In this document: piece by piece, positions 9,524-18,888 of the stretch
Layout: every line of letters starts with the position of its first letter
Position numbering within the stretch: the stretch's first letter is position 1
Source: Thermoanaerobaculia bacterium
GTDB lineage: Bacteria; Acidobacteriota; Thermoanaerobaculia; Gp7-AA8
Direction of reading: 5' to 3'
DNA: 64,000 nucleotides
NCBI GenBank assembly: GCA_963715895.1
Contig: OY970284.1
Span: 2,441,484 to 2,505,483 of the forward strand
Position numbers and translations under genes: made by a program
The notes under the pieces: model-generated
Database searches by the model: none
Told to the model about the DNA's origin: nothing
The model's input: the letters and a program-made list of their open reading frames with translations, nothing else

Positions 9524-9640
9524 GGCGCGGGATTCTAATGGACGTTGCATCCTGAGGCGGCGGCAGCCCCGGCAGAGCGCGCCGAAGGACCCCAACCTGA
9601 AACCCGGACGGGCGGCGGAATGTCGACTAACCCTCGACTA

Positions 9641-9952
9641 ACCCGCATTTCTCACAGCATTGCTTCGCTTCTTGTCACGCCCTTTCGTCGAGAGCCTTCT
9701 CCTCCCGCGGTTTTTTGCGGGAGGAGAAGGTGCCGACAGGCGGATGAGGAGGGCGTATACGCGTCAGAAACGATTCTCGCGTCGTTGGCCGAACGGCGCT
9801 TGAAAGCACGAATCGCGCGCGAATAACGCACGCGTGAATGCCCCCTCATCCGCCTGTCGGCACCTTCTCCCCCGCAAGAAACCGCGGGGGAGAAGGCCCT
9901 CGACGGTAACAGAGTGCCGACGATTTACGTGAGAGTGTGAGAAATGCGGGCT
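9641..9952. repeat. modular MITE-like element copy A (57-nt hairpin module in inverted pair around a variable core; outer IR cccgcatttctcaca / tgtgagaaatgcggg)
   Basis: Module ccttctccYcccgcggttttttgcgggRggagaaggtgccgacaggcggatgaggRgggcg. Its reverse complement (cccctcatccgcctgtcggcaccttctcccccgc...gcgggggagaagg) follows 90 bp later. Related copies are at 32054, 46737, 55003 and 62619. Confidence 0.65.
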
Positions 9953-10067
9953 AATCCGCCACCCAACCGGGATACAACTTGGGGGTCCTTCGACCGTCCT
10001 GCGCCGCGCAATCGCTTTCGCGATTACGCGGCTCCGGCGGCTCAGGATGACAGTGTTCGGATCGTGT

Positions 10068-12209
10068 TTACTTCGTTGCCGGCTCTGCCTTCAGTCCCCG
10101 TTCGATCAGCAGCGGCTCGACGATCGGGTCGCGGCCGCGGAAGGCGCGGTACATCGCCGCCTCATCCTGCGTGCCGCCGCGCGAGAGGATCATGTCGCGG
10201 AAGCGCTGGCCGTTGGCGCGGGTCATTCCGCCGTGCTCCTTGAACCAGTAGTACGCATCGTCGTCGATCAATTCGGACCAGAGATACGCGTAGTAGCCGG
10301 CCGAGTAGCCGCCGCCCCAGATGTGCGAGAAGTACGTCGTGTGATAGCGCGGGGGCACTTCGGTCATGTCGATCTTGAAGCGCTTGAGCGCGGCCGGCTC
10401 GAAGGCGTTCGCGTCAACCTGTTCCGCGCCGGGCGCCTGCGTGTGCCAGGCCATGTCCAGCAGCGCGGCGGCGAGGTACTCGACGGTGGCATAGCCCTGG
10501 TTGAACGTGCGCGACTTCTTGATGCGGTCGACCAGCGCCTGCGGCATCGGCTTGCCGGTCTGGTAGTGCTTGGCGTAATTGGCGAAGACTTTCGGCTCGA
10601 GCGCCCAATGCTCGTTGAACTGCGACGGGAACTCGACGAAGTCGCGGGGCACGTTGGTGCCGGCCAGCGTCGGGTACTTCACGTTCGAGAGCATGCCGTG
10701 TAGGGCGTGTCCGAACTCGTGGAAGATCGCCGTGACGTTGTCGAAGGTCAGCAGCGCCGGCTGGCCGGCGGCCGGCTTGGTGAAGTTGAGAACGTTGAAG
10801 ACAGCCGGCTTGGTGCCGAGCAGGCCTGACTGATCGACGAAGCTGTCCATCCAGGCGCCGCCGCTCTTGTTCGGGCGCGAGAAGTAGTCTCCGTAGAAGA
10901 GCGCCATCGACTTGCCGTCGGCGTCGAAGACTTCGAAGACGCGCACGTCCGGCTGGTAGACCGGGATGTCGTGGCGCTCTTTGAAGGTCAGGCCGTAGAG
11001 CTGGTTGGCGGCGTAGAAGACACCGTTCTGCAGGACGTTGTTCAGCTCGAAGTACGGACGGACCTGCGATTCATCGAGGTCATACTCCGCTTTGCGCACC
11101 TTCTCCGCATAGAGCTCCCAATCCTGCGGGCCGAGCGGGAAGCCGCCCTTCTCGGCGTCGATCACCTTCTGCATCTTCGCCGCCTCGGCGCGCGCCTTGG
11201 CTGTCGACGCGGGGACGAGATCGCTCATCAGTTTGATGGCGATCTCCGGCGTCTTGGCCATCTGATCGTCGAGCGAGTAGGCGGCATAGGTCGGATATCC
11301 GAGGAGCTTGGCCTTGGTGGCGCGAAGCTGGGCCAGGCGGGTGACGATGGCCTTGGTGTCATTCGGGCCGCCGTGATTGCCGCGCTGGATGGAGGCGTTG
11401 AACAGTCGCTCGCGCACGGCGCGGTTTTGCAGGTAGGTGAGGGCCGGCTGCTGCGTGGTGTTCTGCAGCGTCAGGACGTACTTCCCTTCGAGCTTGCGCT
11501 CCTTGGCCCGGTCGGCCGCGGCGGCGATATCGGAGTCGGGCAGTCCTGCCAGCTCGGCCTTCGTGTCGACCACGATCGCGGAGGCGTCGGTGTCGGCCAG
11601 AACATGCTCGCGAAACTTCGTGGTCAGCGTCGACTCTTCCTGATTCAGCGCGCGCAGGGTGGCCTGATCGGCGTCATTGAGCTGCGCGCCGGCGCGGATG
11701 AAGTTCCTGTAGTAGCGCTCGATCAGGTATTGCGATTCGGCGTCGAGCCCGCTGCCGGTGCGCTTGTCATAGAGAGCTTTGACCCGCGCGAACAGCTTCG
11801 GATTCATGTAGATCGAGTCCTGGTGCGCCGACAACTTCGGCGATTCCTCGGCCTCTATCTTCTGGAAGGCGTCGTTCGTATTCGACTGCGTCAGGTTGAA
11901 GAAAATCTTCGCGGCGCGCGTCAGCAGCTCCCCGGAGCGCTCCATCGCTTCGATCGTGTTGGCGAAGGTTGGCGGGGCGGGATCGTTGGCGATGGCATCG
12001 ATCTCGACGAGCTGACGCTTCATCCCTTCTTCGATGGCGGGCTGGTAGTCGGTGTCTTTGATGATGTTGAACGGCGGCGCCTGGAACGGGAGCGGGCTGG
12101 CCGTGAACAACGGGTTCTGGCGTTCCGGCGTGGCAGCCGGTTGCGCCTGCAGGGCGAAGGCGGCCAGCACGATGACTGCCGCAAAGATCGACGGGTTGCT
12201 CGTTTTCAT
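10068..12209 (-). CDS. dcp: M3-family peptidyl-dipeptidase Dcp / oligopeptidase A-like, secreted
   Basis: HEXXH zinc motif FHEFGHALHGM, M3 family-wide conservation. Signal peptide MKTSNPSIFAAVIVLAAFALQAQ (start ATG 12209). Confidence 0.85.
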   Translation of the reverse strand: MKTSNPSIFAAVIVLAAFALQAQPAATPERQNPLFTASPLPFQAPPFNIIKDTDYQPAIEEGMKRQLVEIDAIANDPAPPTFANTIEAMERSGELLTRAAKIFFNLTQSNTNDAFQKIEAEESPKLSAHQDSIYMNPKLFARVKALYDKRTGSGLDAESQYLIERYYRNFIRAGAQLNDADQATLRALNQEESTLTTKFREHVLADTDASAIVVDTKAELAGLPDSDIAAAADRAKERKLEGKYVLTLQNTTQQPALTYLQNRAVRERLFNASIQRGNHGGPNDTKAIVTRLAQLRATKAKLLGYPTYAAYSLDDQMAKTPEIAIKLMSDLVPASTAKARAEAAKMQKVIDAEKGGFPLGPQDWELYAEKVRKAEYDLDESQVRPYFELNNVLQNGVFYAANQLYGLTFKERHDIPVYQPDVRVFEVFDADGKSMALFYGDYFSRPNKSGGAWMDSFVDQSGLLGTKPAVFNVLNFTKPAAGQPALLTFDNVTAIFHEFGHALHGMLSNVKYPTLAGTNVPRDFVEFPSQFNEHWALEPKVFANYAKHYQTGKPMPQALVDRIKKSRTFNQGYATVEYLAAALLDMAWHTQAPGAEQVDANAFEPAALKRFKIDMTEVPPRYHTTYFSHIWGGGYSAGYYAYLWSELIDDDAYYWFKEHGGMTRANGQRFRDMILSRGGTQDEAAMYRAFRGRDPIVEPLLIERGLKAEPATK

Positions 12210-12274
12210 GGGCAGAGGAACAAGGGAGGGGGGCGGTGTCATCCCTTGTTTTGGGGAGTTGGGCGTCGGGAGTC

Positions 12275-12373
12275 GGTACGTAGGTCGGACTCTCTAGTCC
12301 GACCGGAGCTTGGGAAATGTATCTCGTCAACACCGCGCAAGTACCGGTCGGACTGAAGAGTCCGACCTACGTA
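12275..12373. repeat. two inverted copies of a small hairpin (acgtaGGTCGGACTctctAGTCCGACC)
   Basis: 12275-12306 and 12346-12373; a third copy lies at 36136-36164. The second copy overlaps the last codons of the FMN reductase gene. Confidence 0.6.
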
Positions 12374-12876
12374 GCGGAGTTGGCGAGGGCCGTCAGCGCT
12401 TCGCGGATCACGGCTGCCACCTCGCCTCCGATGTTCTCGTCGCGCACCTTCGTCGGAGCCTTCCACGTCCCCAGCACCCGCCAGTTCATCGTCGTCAGGA
12501 TCTCGACGAGCGAGGCCTGCGCGAACTGTCCACCGATGGGCGACGCGCTGAGGATTGCCACCGGTTTGTCGATCAGCGCGCCGTCGGAGACGAGCCAATC
12601 GAGCGCGTTCTTCAGCGAGCCGGGGAGGCCGTGCGCGTACTCCGGCGTCGAGATGAGGATGCCATCTGTCGCCGTGAGCAGCGCACGTAACGCAGCGACT
12701 GCGGGCGGCGGGTTCGCGCCTTCTTCGTCATCGTCGGGATTGAAGTGGGGAAGGGACGCGAGGCCGTCGTAGATGACGACCTCGATCCCCTCGGGCGCGA
12801 GCCTCACCGCGGCCTGCAGCATGGCGCGGTTCGAGGATCGCCCGCGCAAGCTGCCGGAGATCGCGATGATTTTCAC
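12367..12876 (-). CDS. NAD(P)H-dependent FMN reductase family protein
   Basis: MKIIAISGSLRGRSSNRAML...ILISTPEYAHGLPGSLKNALDW; classic FMN_red/ArsH-like flavodoxin fold signatures. Confidence 0.8.
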   Translation of the reverse strand: MKIIAISGSLRGRSSNRAMLQAAVRLAPEGIEVVIYDGLASLPHFNPDDDEEGANPPPAVAALRALLTATDGILISTPEYAHGLPGSLKNALDWLVSDGALIDKPVAILSASPIGGQFAQASLVEILTTMNWRVLGTWKAPTKVRDENIGGEVAAVIREALTALANSAT

Positions 12877-14987
12877 TTCCCCGTCAGCCCTCTCTCCTCC
12901 AGCAACGGCTCCACCTTCGGATCGCGTCCGCGGAAGGCGCGATACATCGCCGCCGGATCCTCGGTGCCACCGCGCGACAGAATCATCTTGCGGAACTTGT
13001 CGCCGTTCGCGCGGGTCATGCCGCCGTTTTCCTTGAACCAGTAGTAGGCGTCGTCGTCGAGCACTTCGCTCCAGAGGTAGGCGTAATAGCCGGCCGCGTA
13101 GCCGCCGCCCCAGATGTGGGAAAAGTAGGTCGAGTGGTAGCGCGGGGGGACCTGCTCCATGTAGACGTTGAACTGTTTCAGCGACTCCGGCTCGAAGGCA
13201 TTCACATCGAGAAGCGGTGCATCGGCAGGGATCGAATGCCAGGCCATATCGAGGAGGGCCGCGCCGAGGTACTCCGTCGTGGCGAAGCCCTGGTTAAAGG
13301 TCCGTCCCTTGGTCAGCTTCTCGACAAGCTCCTTCGGCATTGGCGCGCCGGTCTTGTAGTGCTTCGCGTAGTTCGCGAAGACCGACGGCTCCATCGCCCA
13401 GTGCTCGTTGAACTGCGACGGGAACTCGACGAAGTCGCGCGGAACGGCGGAGCCTCCGAACGACGGGTATTTCACGTTCGAGAACATGCCGTGCAGCGCA
13501 TGGCCGAACTCGTGGAACATCGTCGTCACTTCGGTGAAGGTCAGCAGCGCGGGCTGGCCGGCCGCCGGCTTCGTGAAGTTCTCATTGTTCGTGACCACCG
13601 GCTTCGTACCGAGAAGCTTGCTCTGGCCGACGAAGCTGCTCGTCCACGCGCCGCCGGCCTTGTTCGGCCGTGAGTAATAGTCGATGTAGAAGAGCGCCAG
13701 CGGTTTGCCATCCACGTCGAACACATCGAAGACGCGGACGTCCGGCTGGTAGACGGGGATGTCGTGACGTTCCTTGAAGGTGATGCCGTAGAGTTTCGTC
13801 GCGGCGAAGAAGACGCCGTTCTGGAGGACGTTGTTGATCTCGAAGTACGGCCGGACCTGTCCCTCGTCGAGGTCGAATTCGTTCTTGCGCACCTGCTCGG
13901 CGTAGAACTGCCAGTCGTACGGCTCGAGGGTGAAGCCGCCTTTCTGTGCGTCGATCAGTTTCTGCATCCGCGCCGCCTCGGCGCGCGCCTTCGCGGTCGC
14001 CGCCGGGACCATGTCGGTCATGAGCTTGATGGCGTTCTCCGGGTTCTTGGACATCTCATCGGCCAGGTTGTAGGAGGCGTAACTGGAAAACCCGAGGAGC
14101 TTCGCGCGCTGGGCGCGGAGCTGGGCGAGGCGGGTGATGATGGCCTTGGTGTCGTCATCGCCGCCGTGATTGCCGCGCGCGATCGAGGCCTCGTAGAGGC
14201 GCTTGCGCAGATCGCGATTCTTCAGGTAGGTCTGCGCGGGCTGCTGGGTGGTGTTCTGGAGCGTGAGGAGCCACTTTCCCTCGAGTCCGCGGCCCTTGGC
14301 GCGCTCGGCGGCCGCGGCGACGTCGGAGTCAGGCAGGCCGTCGAGCAGCGACTTGTCGTCGATCACGATGGCCGAGGCGTTCGTATCGGCCAGAACTCGG
14401 TCGCGGAACTGATTGGTCAGCTTCGACTGCTCCTGATTCAACGCCCGCAGCGCGGTCTTGTCGGCTTCATTGAGCTGCGCGCCGGAGCGGATGAAATTTC
14501 TGTAATAGCGCTCCACCAGGAACTTCGACTCGGCGTCCAGACCGAGCTTGTCGCGGCGGTCGTAGAGCGACTTGATGCGCGCGAAGAGTTTCGGATCGAG
14601 GTTGATGGCGTCGCGATGCGCGGCCTGCTTCGGCGCCAGCGCTGCCTGCGCTTTCTGCAGCGTCGGGTTCGTGTTCGACTGCGTCAGCCCGCCGAAGACG
14701 CGCTGCACCCGGCGCAGCAGCTCGCCCGAGCGCTCCATCGCTTCGATCGTGTTCGCGAAGGTCGGCGCCTCGGGGTTGTTGGCGATGGCCTGTACCTCGG
14801 CCAGCTCCTGTTTCATCCCTTCTTCGATGGCCGGCTGGAAATCGCCGTCCTTGATCCGGTCGAACGGCGGCGCCTGGAAGGGCAGCGAGCTCTTTTCGAA
14901 AAATGGATTTGCCTTGGGTGGATCGTCGGCGAGGGCGGTAAACGGGAGGAGGATGAGGAGGACGGCAGCGGCGTAGCGCAATTTCAT
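12873..14987 (-). CDS. dcp: second M3-family peptidyl-dipeptidase Dcp paralog, secreted
   Basis: FHEFGHALHGM; collinear with the 10068..12209 product (roughly 70% identity by eye). Signal peptide MKLRYAAAVLLILLPFTALA; alternative upstream ATG at 15002. Confidence 0.85.
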   Translation of the reverse strand: MKLRYAAAVLLILLPFTALADDPPKANPFFEKSSLPFQAPPFDRIKDGDFQPAIEEGMKQELAEVQAIANNPEAPTFANTIEAMERSGELLRRVQRVFGGLTQSNTNPTLQKAQAALAPKQAAHRDAINLDPKLFARIKSLYDRRDKLGLDAESKFLVERYYRNFIRSGAQLNEADKTALRALNQEQSKLTNQFRDRVLADTNASAIVIDDKSLLDGLPDSDVAAAAERAKGRGLEGKWLLTLQNTTQQPAQTYLKNRDLRKRLYEASIARGNHGGDDDTKAIITRLAQLRAQRAKLLGFSSYASYNLADEMSKNPENAIKLMTDMVPAATAKARAEAARMQKLIDAQKGGFTLEPYDWQFYAEQVRKNEFDLDEGQVRPYFEINNVLQNGVFFAATKLYGITFKERHDIPVYQPDVRVFDVFDVDGKPLALFYIDYYSRPNKAGGAWTSSFVGQSKLLGTKPVVTNNENFTKPAAGQPALLTFTEVTTMFHEFGHALHGMFSNVKYPSFGGSAVPRDFVEFPSQFNEHWAMEPSVFANYAKHYKTGAPMPKELVEKLTKGRTFNQGFATTEYLGAALLDMAWHSIPADAPLLDVNAFEPESLKQFNVYMEQVPPRYHSTYFSHIWGGGYAAGYYAYLWSEVLDDDAYYWFKENGGMTRANGDKFRKMILSRGGTEDPAAMYRAFRGRDPKVEPLLEERGLTGK

Positions 14988-15006
14988 GCCGACCTTATAC
15001 ACGGGG

Positions 15007-15161
15007 TTGCGGGGTCTCGCGGTTGCGAGGTCGCGGGGTGGGGGGGCTGGGTTGGTTGGTTTGTGGGTTGCTGCGTGGAGTCACTGCCGAATTGTTACAA
15101 CTCTGCAACCGAGCAACTCAGCAACCACGAGACCGCGAGACCGCGCAACCGCGAGACCGCC
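15007..15161. repeat. inverted repeat with arms of tandem GCGGTCTCGCG-type units (about 30-bp arms, about 88-bp spacer that itself contains GGTTG/CAACC inverted repeats) in the divergent region between dcp2 and the BNR gene
   Basis: Left ttgcggggtctcgcggttgcgaggtcgcgg; right ccacgagaccgcgagaccgcgcaaccgcgagaccgcc. Confidence 0.6.
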
Positions 15162-15182
15162 TCACGGATATTATGCGCGCCC

Positions 15183-18100
15183 ATGCGATTGCTCTTGCGC
15201 TGCTTTGTTCTCTCGCTCGTCGCCGTGACTTCCTTCGCCGCGGTCGATCCGACTCTCTTCCAGGATCTTCACTGGCGACTCCTCGGTCCGTTCCGCGCGG
15301 GGCGCGTGCTGGCGGTTACCGGCGTGCCGGGCGAGCCGGAGCATTTCTATTTCGGCAGCGTCAACGGCGGTGTGTGGGAAACGAAGGACGCCGGACGGAC
15401 GTGGCTGCCGATCTTCGACGGTCAGCCGGTCGGTTCGATCGGTGCCATCGCCGTGGCGCCGTCGAATCCGCGCGTGCTGTACGTCGGTAGCGGCGAGGCA
15501 GACATGCGCTCGGACATCGCCCAGGGCAACGGGATGTACAAGTCGGGCGACGGCGGCAGGACGTGGTCGCGCATCGGCCTGACCGACTCGCAGCAGATCG
15601 GGCGCATCATCGTGCATCCGGCGAACGCGGACGTCGTCTACGTCGCCGCGCTTGGACATCCGTACGGTCCGAACGCCGAGCGCGGCGTGTTCCGCTCGCG
15701 CGATGGGGGAGCGACGTGGCAGCGCGTGCTCTCGCGCAACAACGACAGCGACACCGGCGCGATCGACCTGGTCTTTGAGCCGGGCAATCCGAACGTTCTC
15801 TATGCCTCACTGTGGCAGACGCGCCGCACGCCATGGAGCGTCTACCCGCCGTCGAATGGTCCCGGCAGCGGTCTCTTCAAATCGACGGACGGCGGCGATC
15901 ACTGGACCGAAATCACCGGACACGGCTTTCCGGCCAAGCCGGGCCACATCGGCATCGCCGTCGCGCCGTCGAGCCCGCAGCGCGTCTACGCCGTCGTCGA
16001 TGCTCCCGAGGGGGGCATGTACCGGAGTGATGACGGGGGAGCGAACTGGATTCGCGCCAGCAGCGACGCGCGTGTCTGGTCACGCGGCTGGTATTTCGGC
16101 GGCGTGACCGTCGAGCCGAAAGATGCAGATACGGTCTACTCGATCAACGTCAACGTCTACCGCTCGACCGACGGCGGAAAGAACTTCGCGCCGGTCAAAG
16201 GCGCGCCGGGCGGCGACGACTATCATCAGCTCTGGATCGATCCCGATCATCCCGAGCGCCGCATTCTCGGCGTCGATCAGGGGACCGTGGTCTCGGTCAA
16301 CGGCGGCCGCACCTGGAGCAGTTGGTTCAACCAGCCGACCGGCCAGTTCTACCACGTCGTCACCGACAACCGGTTTCCCTACTGGGTCTACGGCGCGCAG
16401 CAGGACTCAGGCGCGGCCCGGATCCCGAGCCGCACCAGCACGATCGACGGCATCACGCTGATGGACTTCCGCGAGACGACCGCCGGCGGCGAGAGCGACA
16501 ACATCGCCCCCGATCCCAAGGATCCGGACATTCTGTACGGCGGCCGCGTGGAGCGTCTCGACACCCGCACGCACCAGACGCGGTCGATCGATCCGACGCT
16601 CGCCTATCCCGGCAACGACCGCCGCACCTGGACGCTGCCGCTCATCTTCTCGCCGCGCGATCCGAGGGTCCTCTACTTCGCGAACCAGCGCCTCTTCCGC
16701 ACGGAAGACGGCGGCGAGCACTGGACGGTGATCAGCCCCGACCTGACCCGCGAGAATCCGCCTGTCCCGCCGAATCTCGATCCGGTCACCGCGGCAGACA
16801 AAGCGCAGCCCGGGCCGCGCCACGGGGTCATCTACGCCATCGCGCCGTCGCGCATGATCGATCACGACCTCTGGGTGGGCACCGATGACGGCCAGATCTG
16901 GCGGACCCACGACGAAGGGGGACATTGGGAGAACGTGACGCCGGCGGCGCTCACGCCCTGGTCGAAGGTCGGCATCATCGACGCCTCGCATTTCGACGGC
17001 GAGACGGCCTACGCGGCCGTCGACCGCCATCGTCTCGACGATTTCAAGGCCTACATCTACCGCACGCACGACGGCGGCAAGTCGTGGCAGCTGGCCGTGT
17101 CGGGGATCGGCGAGACTCGTCAACGTCGTGCGCGAGGATCCGGTGCGGCGCGGGATGCTTTACGCCGGCACCGAGCGCGGCGTGTACGTCTCCTTCGACG
17201 ACGGCGATCACTGGCAGACTCTCCAGCTCAACCTCCCCACGACCTCGGTGCGCGACATCGACGTCCACGACGACGACGTCGTCATCGCCACGCACGGGCG
17301 CGCCTTCTGGGCCATCGACGACGTGACGCCGCTGCGGCAGGACGTGCCGGCGGGCGACTTCCTCTTCAAGCCGGCGGTCACCGTGCGCGAACGGCCGGCC
17401 GGCTTCACCGGCTCGCCGATGCCGAAGGATGAGCCGATGGCGCCGAATCCTCCGTTCGGCGCATATATCGACTACGTGATTCGCACCGCCGCGGCGCAGC
17501 CAGTCACCGTGGAGATTCTCGATGCGAACGACGCCCTCGTGCGCCGCTACAGCAGTGCCGACGTTCCGCCGGCGATGGATCCGAAGAGGCTGGGGACGGC
17601 ACCGGAATGGTTTACCACGCCGTCGACCGTGTCCGCTTCCCCGGGGATGCACCGCTTCATCTGGCCGCTGCACTACCCGGCGCCGTCGGGACTTGCAGGA
17701 CGCCGCTCGGGCGGAGGCGCGTTTTCCGACGGCATCTGGGCGCCGCCGGGCAACTACAAGGTGGTGTTGACCGTGAACGGCCAGAAGTTCACGCAGCCGC
17801 TGACGGTGGTTCCCGATCCAAGGATCCATCTGCCGGCGAACGCGTACAGCGAACAATTCACCCTCGCCCGCGAGGTCGAACAAACGCGCGCGGCCGTCGC
17901 TGCCGCGCTCGCCGACGCGGCGGCATTGGTGAAACGAACGGACATTCCCGATCCCCTGCGCCGCAAGGCAACCGAGGTCTCCGGCACGATTGCCGGCGAC
18001 GAATTCACAGCGCCGCCGCCGTCGGAGTCATCACTTCGTTTCATCGGTCAGGCGCTTTCCAAACTGGCCGGCGCCATCGACAGCGCCGACGGGGCGCCGA

Positions 18101-18201
18101 CGCCGGATGCGCGCGCGAGCTGGGCAACGCTGAAACCGGCTGCCGATGCTGCGCTGGCGGCGTGGACGGCGGTGAAGGGAGAGGCGCCGCCAGCGAAATA
18201 G
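15183..18201 (+). pseudogene. sortilin/Vps10-like BNR (Asp-box) repeat glycosyl-hydrolase-family protein, interrupted by a single-base frameshift near 17116-17118 (true pseudogene or sequence error)
   Basis: Signal peptide MRLLLRCFVLSLVAVTSFAA. Many SxDxGxTW Asp-box repeats. Reading frame switches between ...AVSGIGET (ends 17117) and VNVVREDPVRRGMLYAGTERG (from 17119). Skipping one nucleotide restores a continuous protein of about 1005 aa. Confidence 0.6.
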
Positions 18202-18207
18202 ACCAAG

Positions 18208-18633
18208 TCAGATCGGCCCGGGCGAGGCTTTGCGGTGCGTAGGACCGCGGTCGCGAAGGACCGGCCGTTCCGCGTGCCCGCCGGACCGGCCGATGATCTC
18301 GAGCAGATCGGACGTCGTCACGATTCCGGCCAGCTTCCGGTTCTCCGTGACGATGATCGAATGGATGCGGTGGCCGCGCATGAGGTTCGCCGCGCGGCTG
18401 ATCAATTCATGCGATTCGATCGTGACCGGTTTGGTGCTCATGACATCGCGTACCCGAATGTCAGGATTGACCCCGGCACAGTCAATAGCCGCCAACAGGC
18501 CGGCCACTGCTCCGCCGTCGAGAACGACGAGGTGCTCGATCCGGTATTGACTCATGAGCTCCGCCGCCTCTCCCACCGGCGAATCCGGCGTGACCGTGCG
18601 AACGGGATGCTTCATCACTTCTGTGACGCGCAT
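18208..18633 (-). CDS. CBS-domain pair protein
   Basis: Two CBS motifs (VRTVTPDSPVGEAAELMSQYRIEHLVVLD ... VMSTKPVTIESHELISRAANLMRGHRIHSIIVTE). Start at ATG 18633. Confidence 0.7.
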   Translation of the reverse strand: MRVTEVMKHPVRTVTPDSPVGEAAELMSQYRIEHLVVLDGGAVAGLLAAIDCAGVNPDIRVRDVMSTKPVTIESHELISRAANLMRGHRIHSIIVTENRKLAGIVTTSDLLEIIGRSGGHAERPVLRDRGPTHRKASPGPI

Positions 18634-18762
18634 GGCTTGGCTCCTTCCGGTACGAAAAGGATGCAAGCGGGTGGCCGGAAAGTGTGGATGGGCACGGTCG
18701 GGGATTGGCAAGCGGGTCAGTCACCTCACCGAGTTTGCCGCGAAAGCGCGGCTTCGCCGCCG

Positions 18763-18861
18763 GGCACAGACAAGAGTGTCTGTGCCACATTGCCCCTCGG
18801 TATTGCTGCAATGTGGAGTCTTCGCCGGATCTAATGTGGCACAGACACTCTTGTCTGTGCC
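18763..18861. repeat. inverted pair of the 24/30-nt hairpin element (ggcacagacaAGAGtgtctgtgccacattg ... aatgtggcacagacaCTCTtgtctgtgcc), nested inside an outer IR cgcggcttcgccgcc / ggcggcgaagccgc
   Basis: 18763-18786 and 18838-18861. Same element as at the IS locus and inside the PFOR gene. Confidence 0.8.
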
Positions 18862-18888
18862 GTGCGGCGAAGCCGCACGTTTGCCCGC

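Noticed and set aside
9545-9849. Short ORFs inside the MITE-like elements (e.g. 9545..9826, 32158..32340, 46831..47064, 54588..55124, 62342..62830) sharing peptides such as RRCRQADE / FRREPSPPAVF
   Set aside because: They recur only because the DNA repeat recurs, occur in both orientations, lack starts/SDs, and are broken differently in each copy. They are not protein-coding.
12873-15002. Start of dcp paralogue 2 at ATG 15002 (MYKVGMKL...)
   Set aside because: Both starts are possible. ATG 14987 gives a canonical signal peptide (MKLRYAAAVLL...) immediately. I report 14987 and note the alternative.
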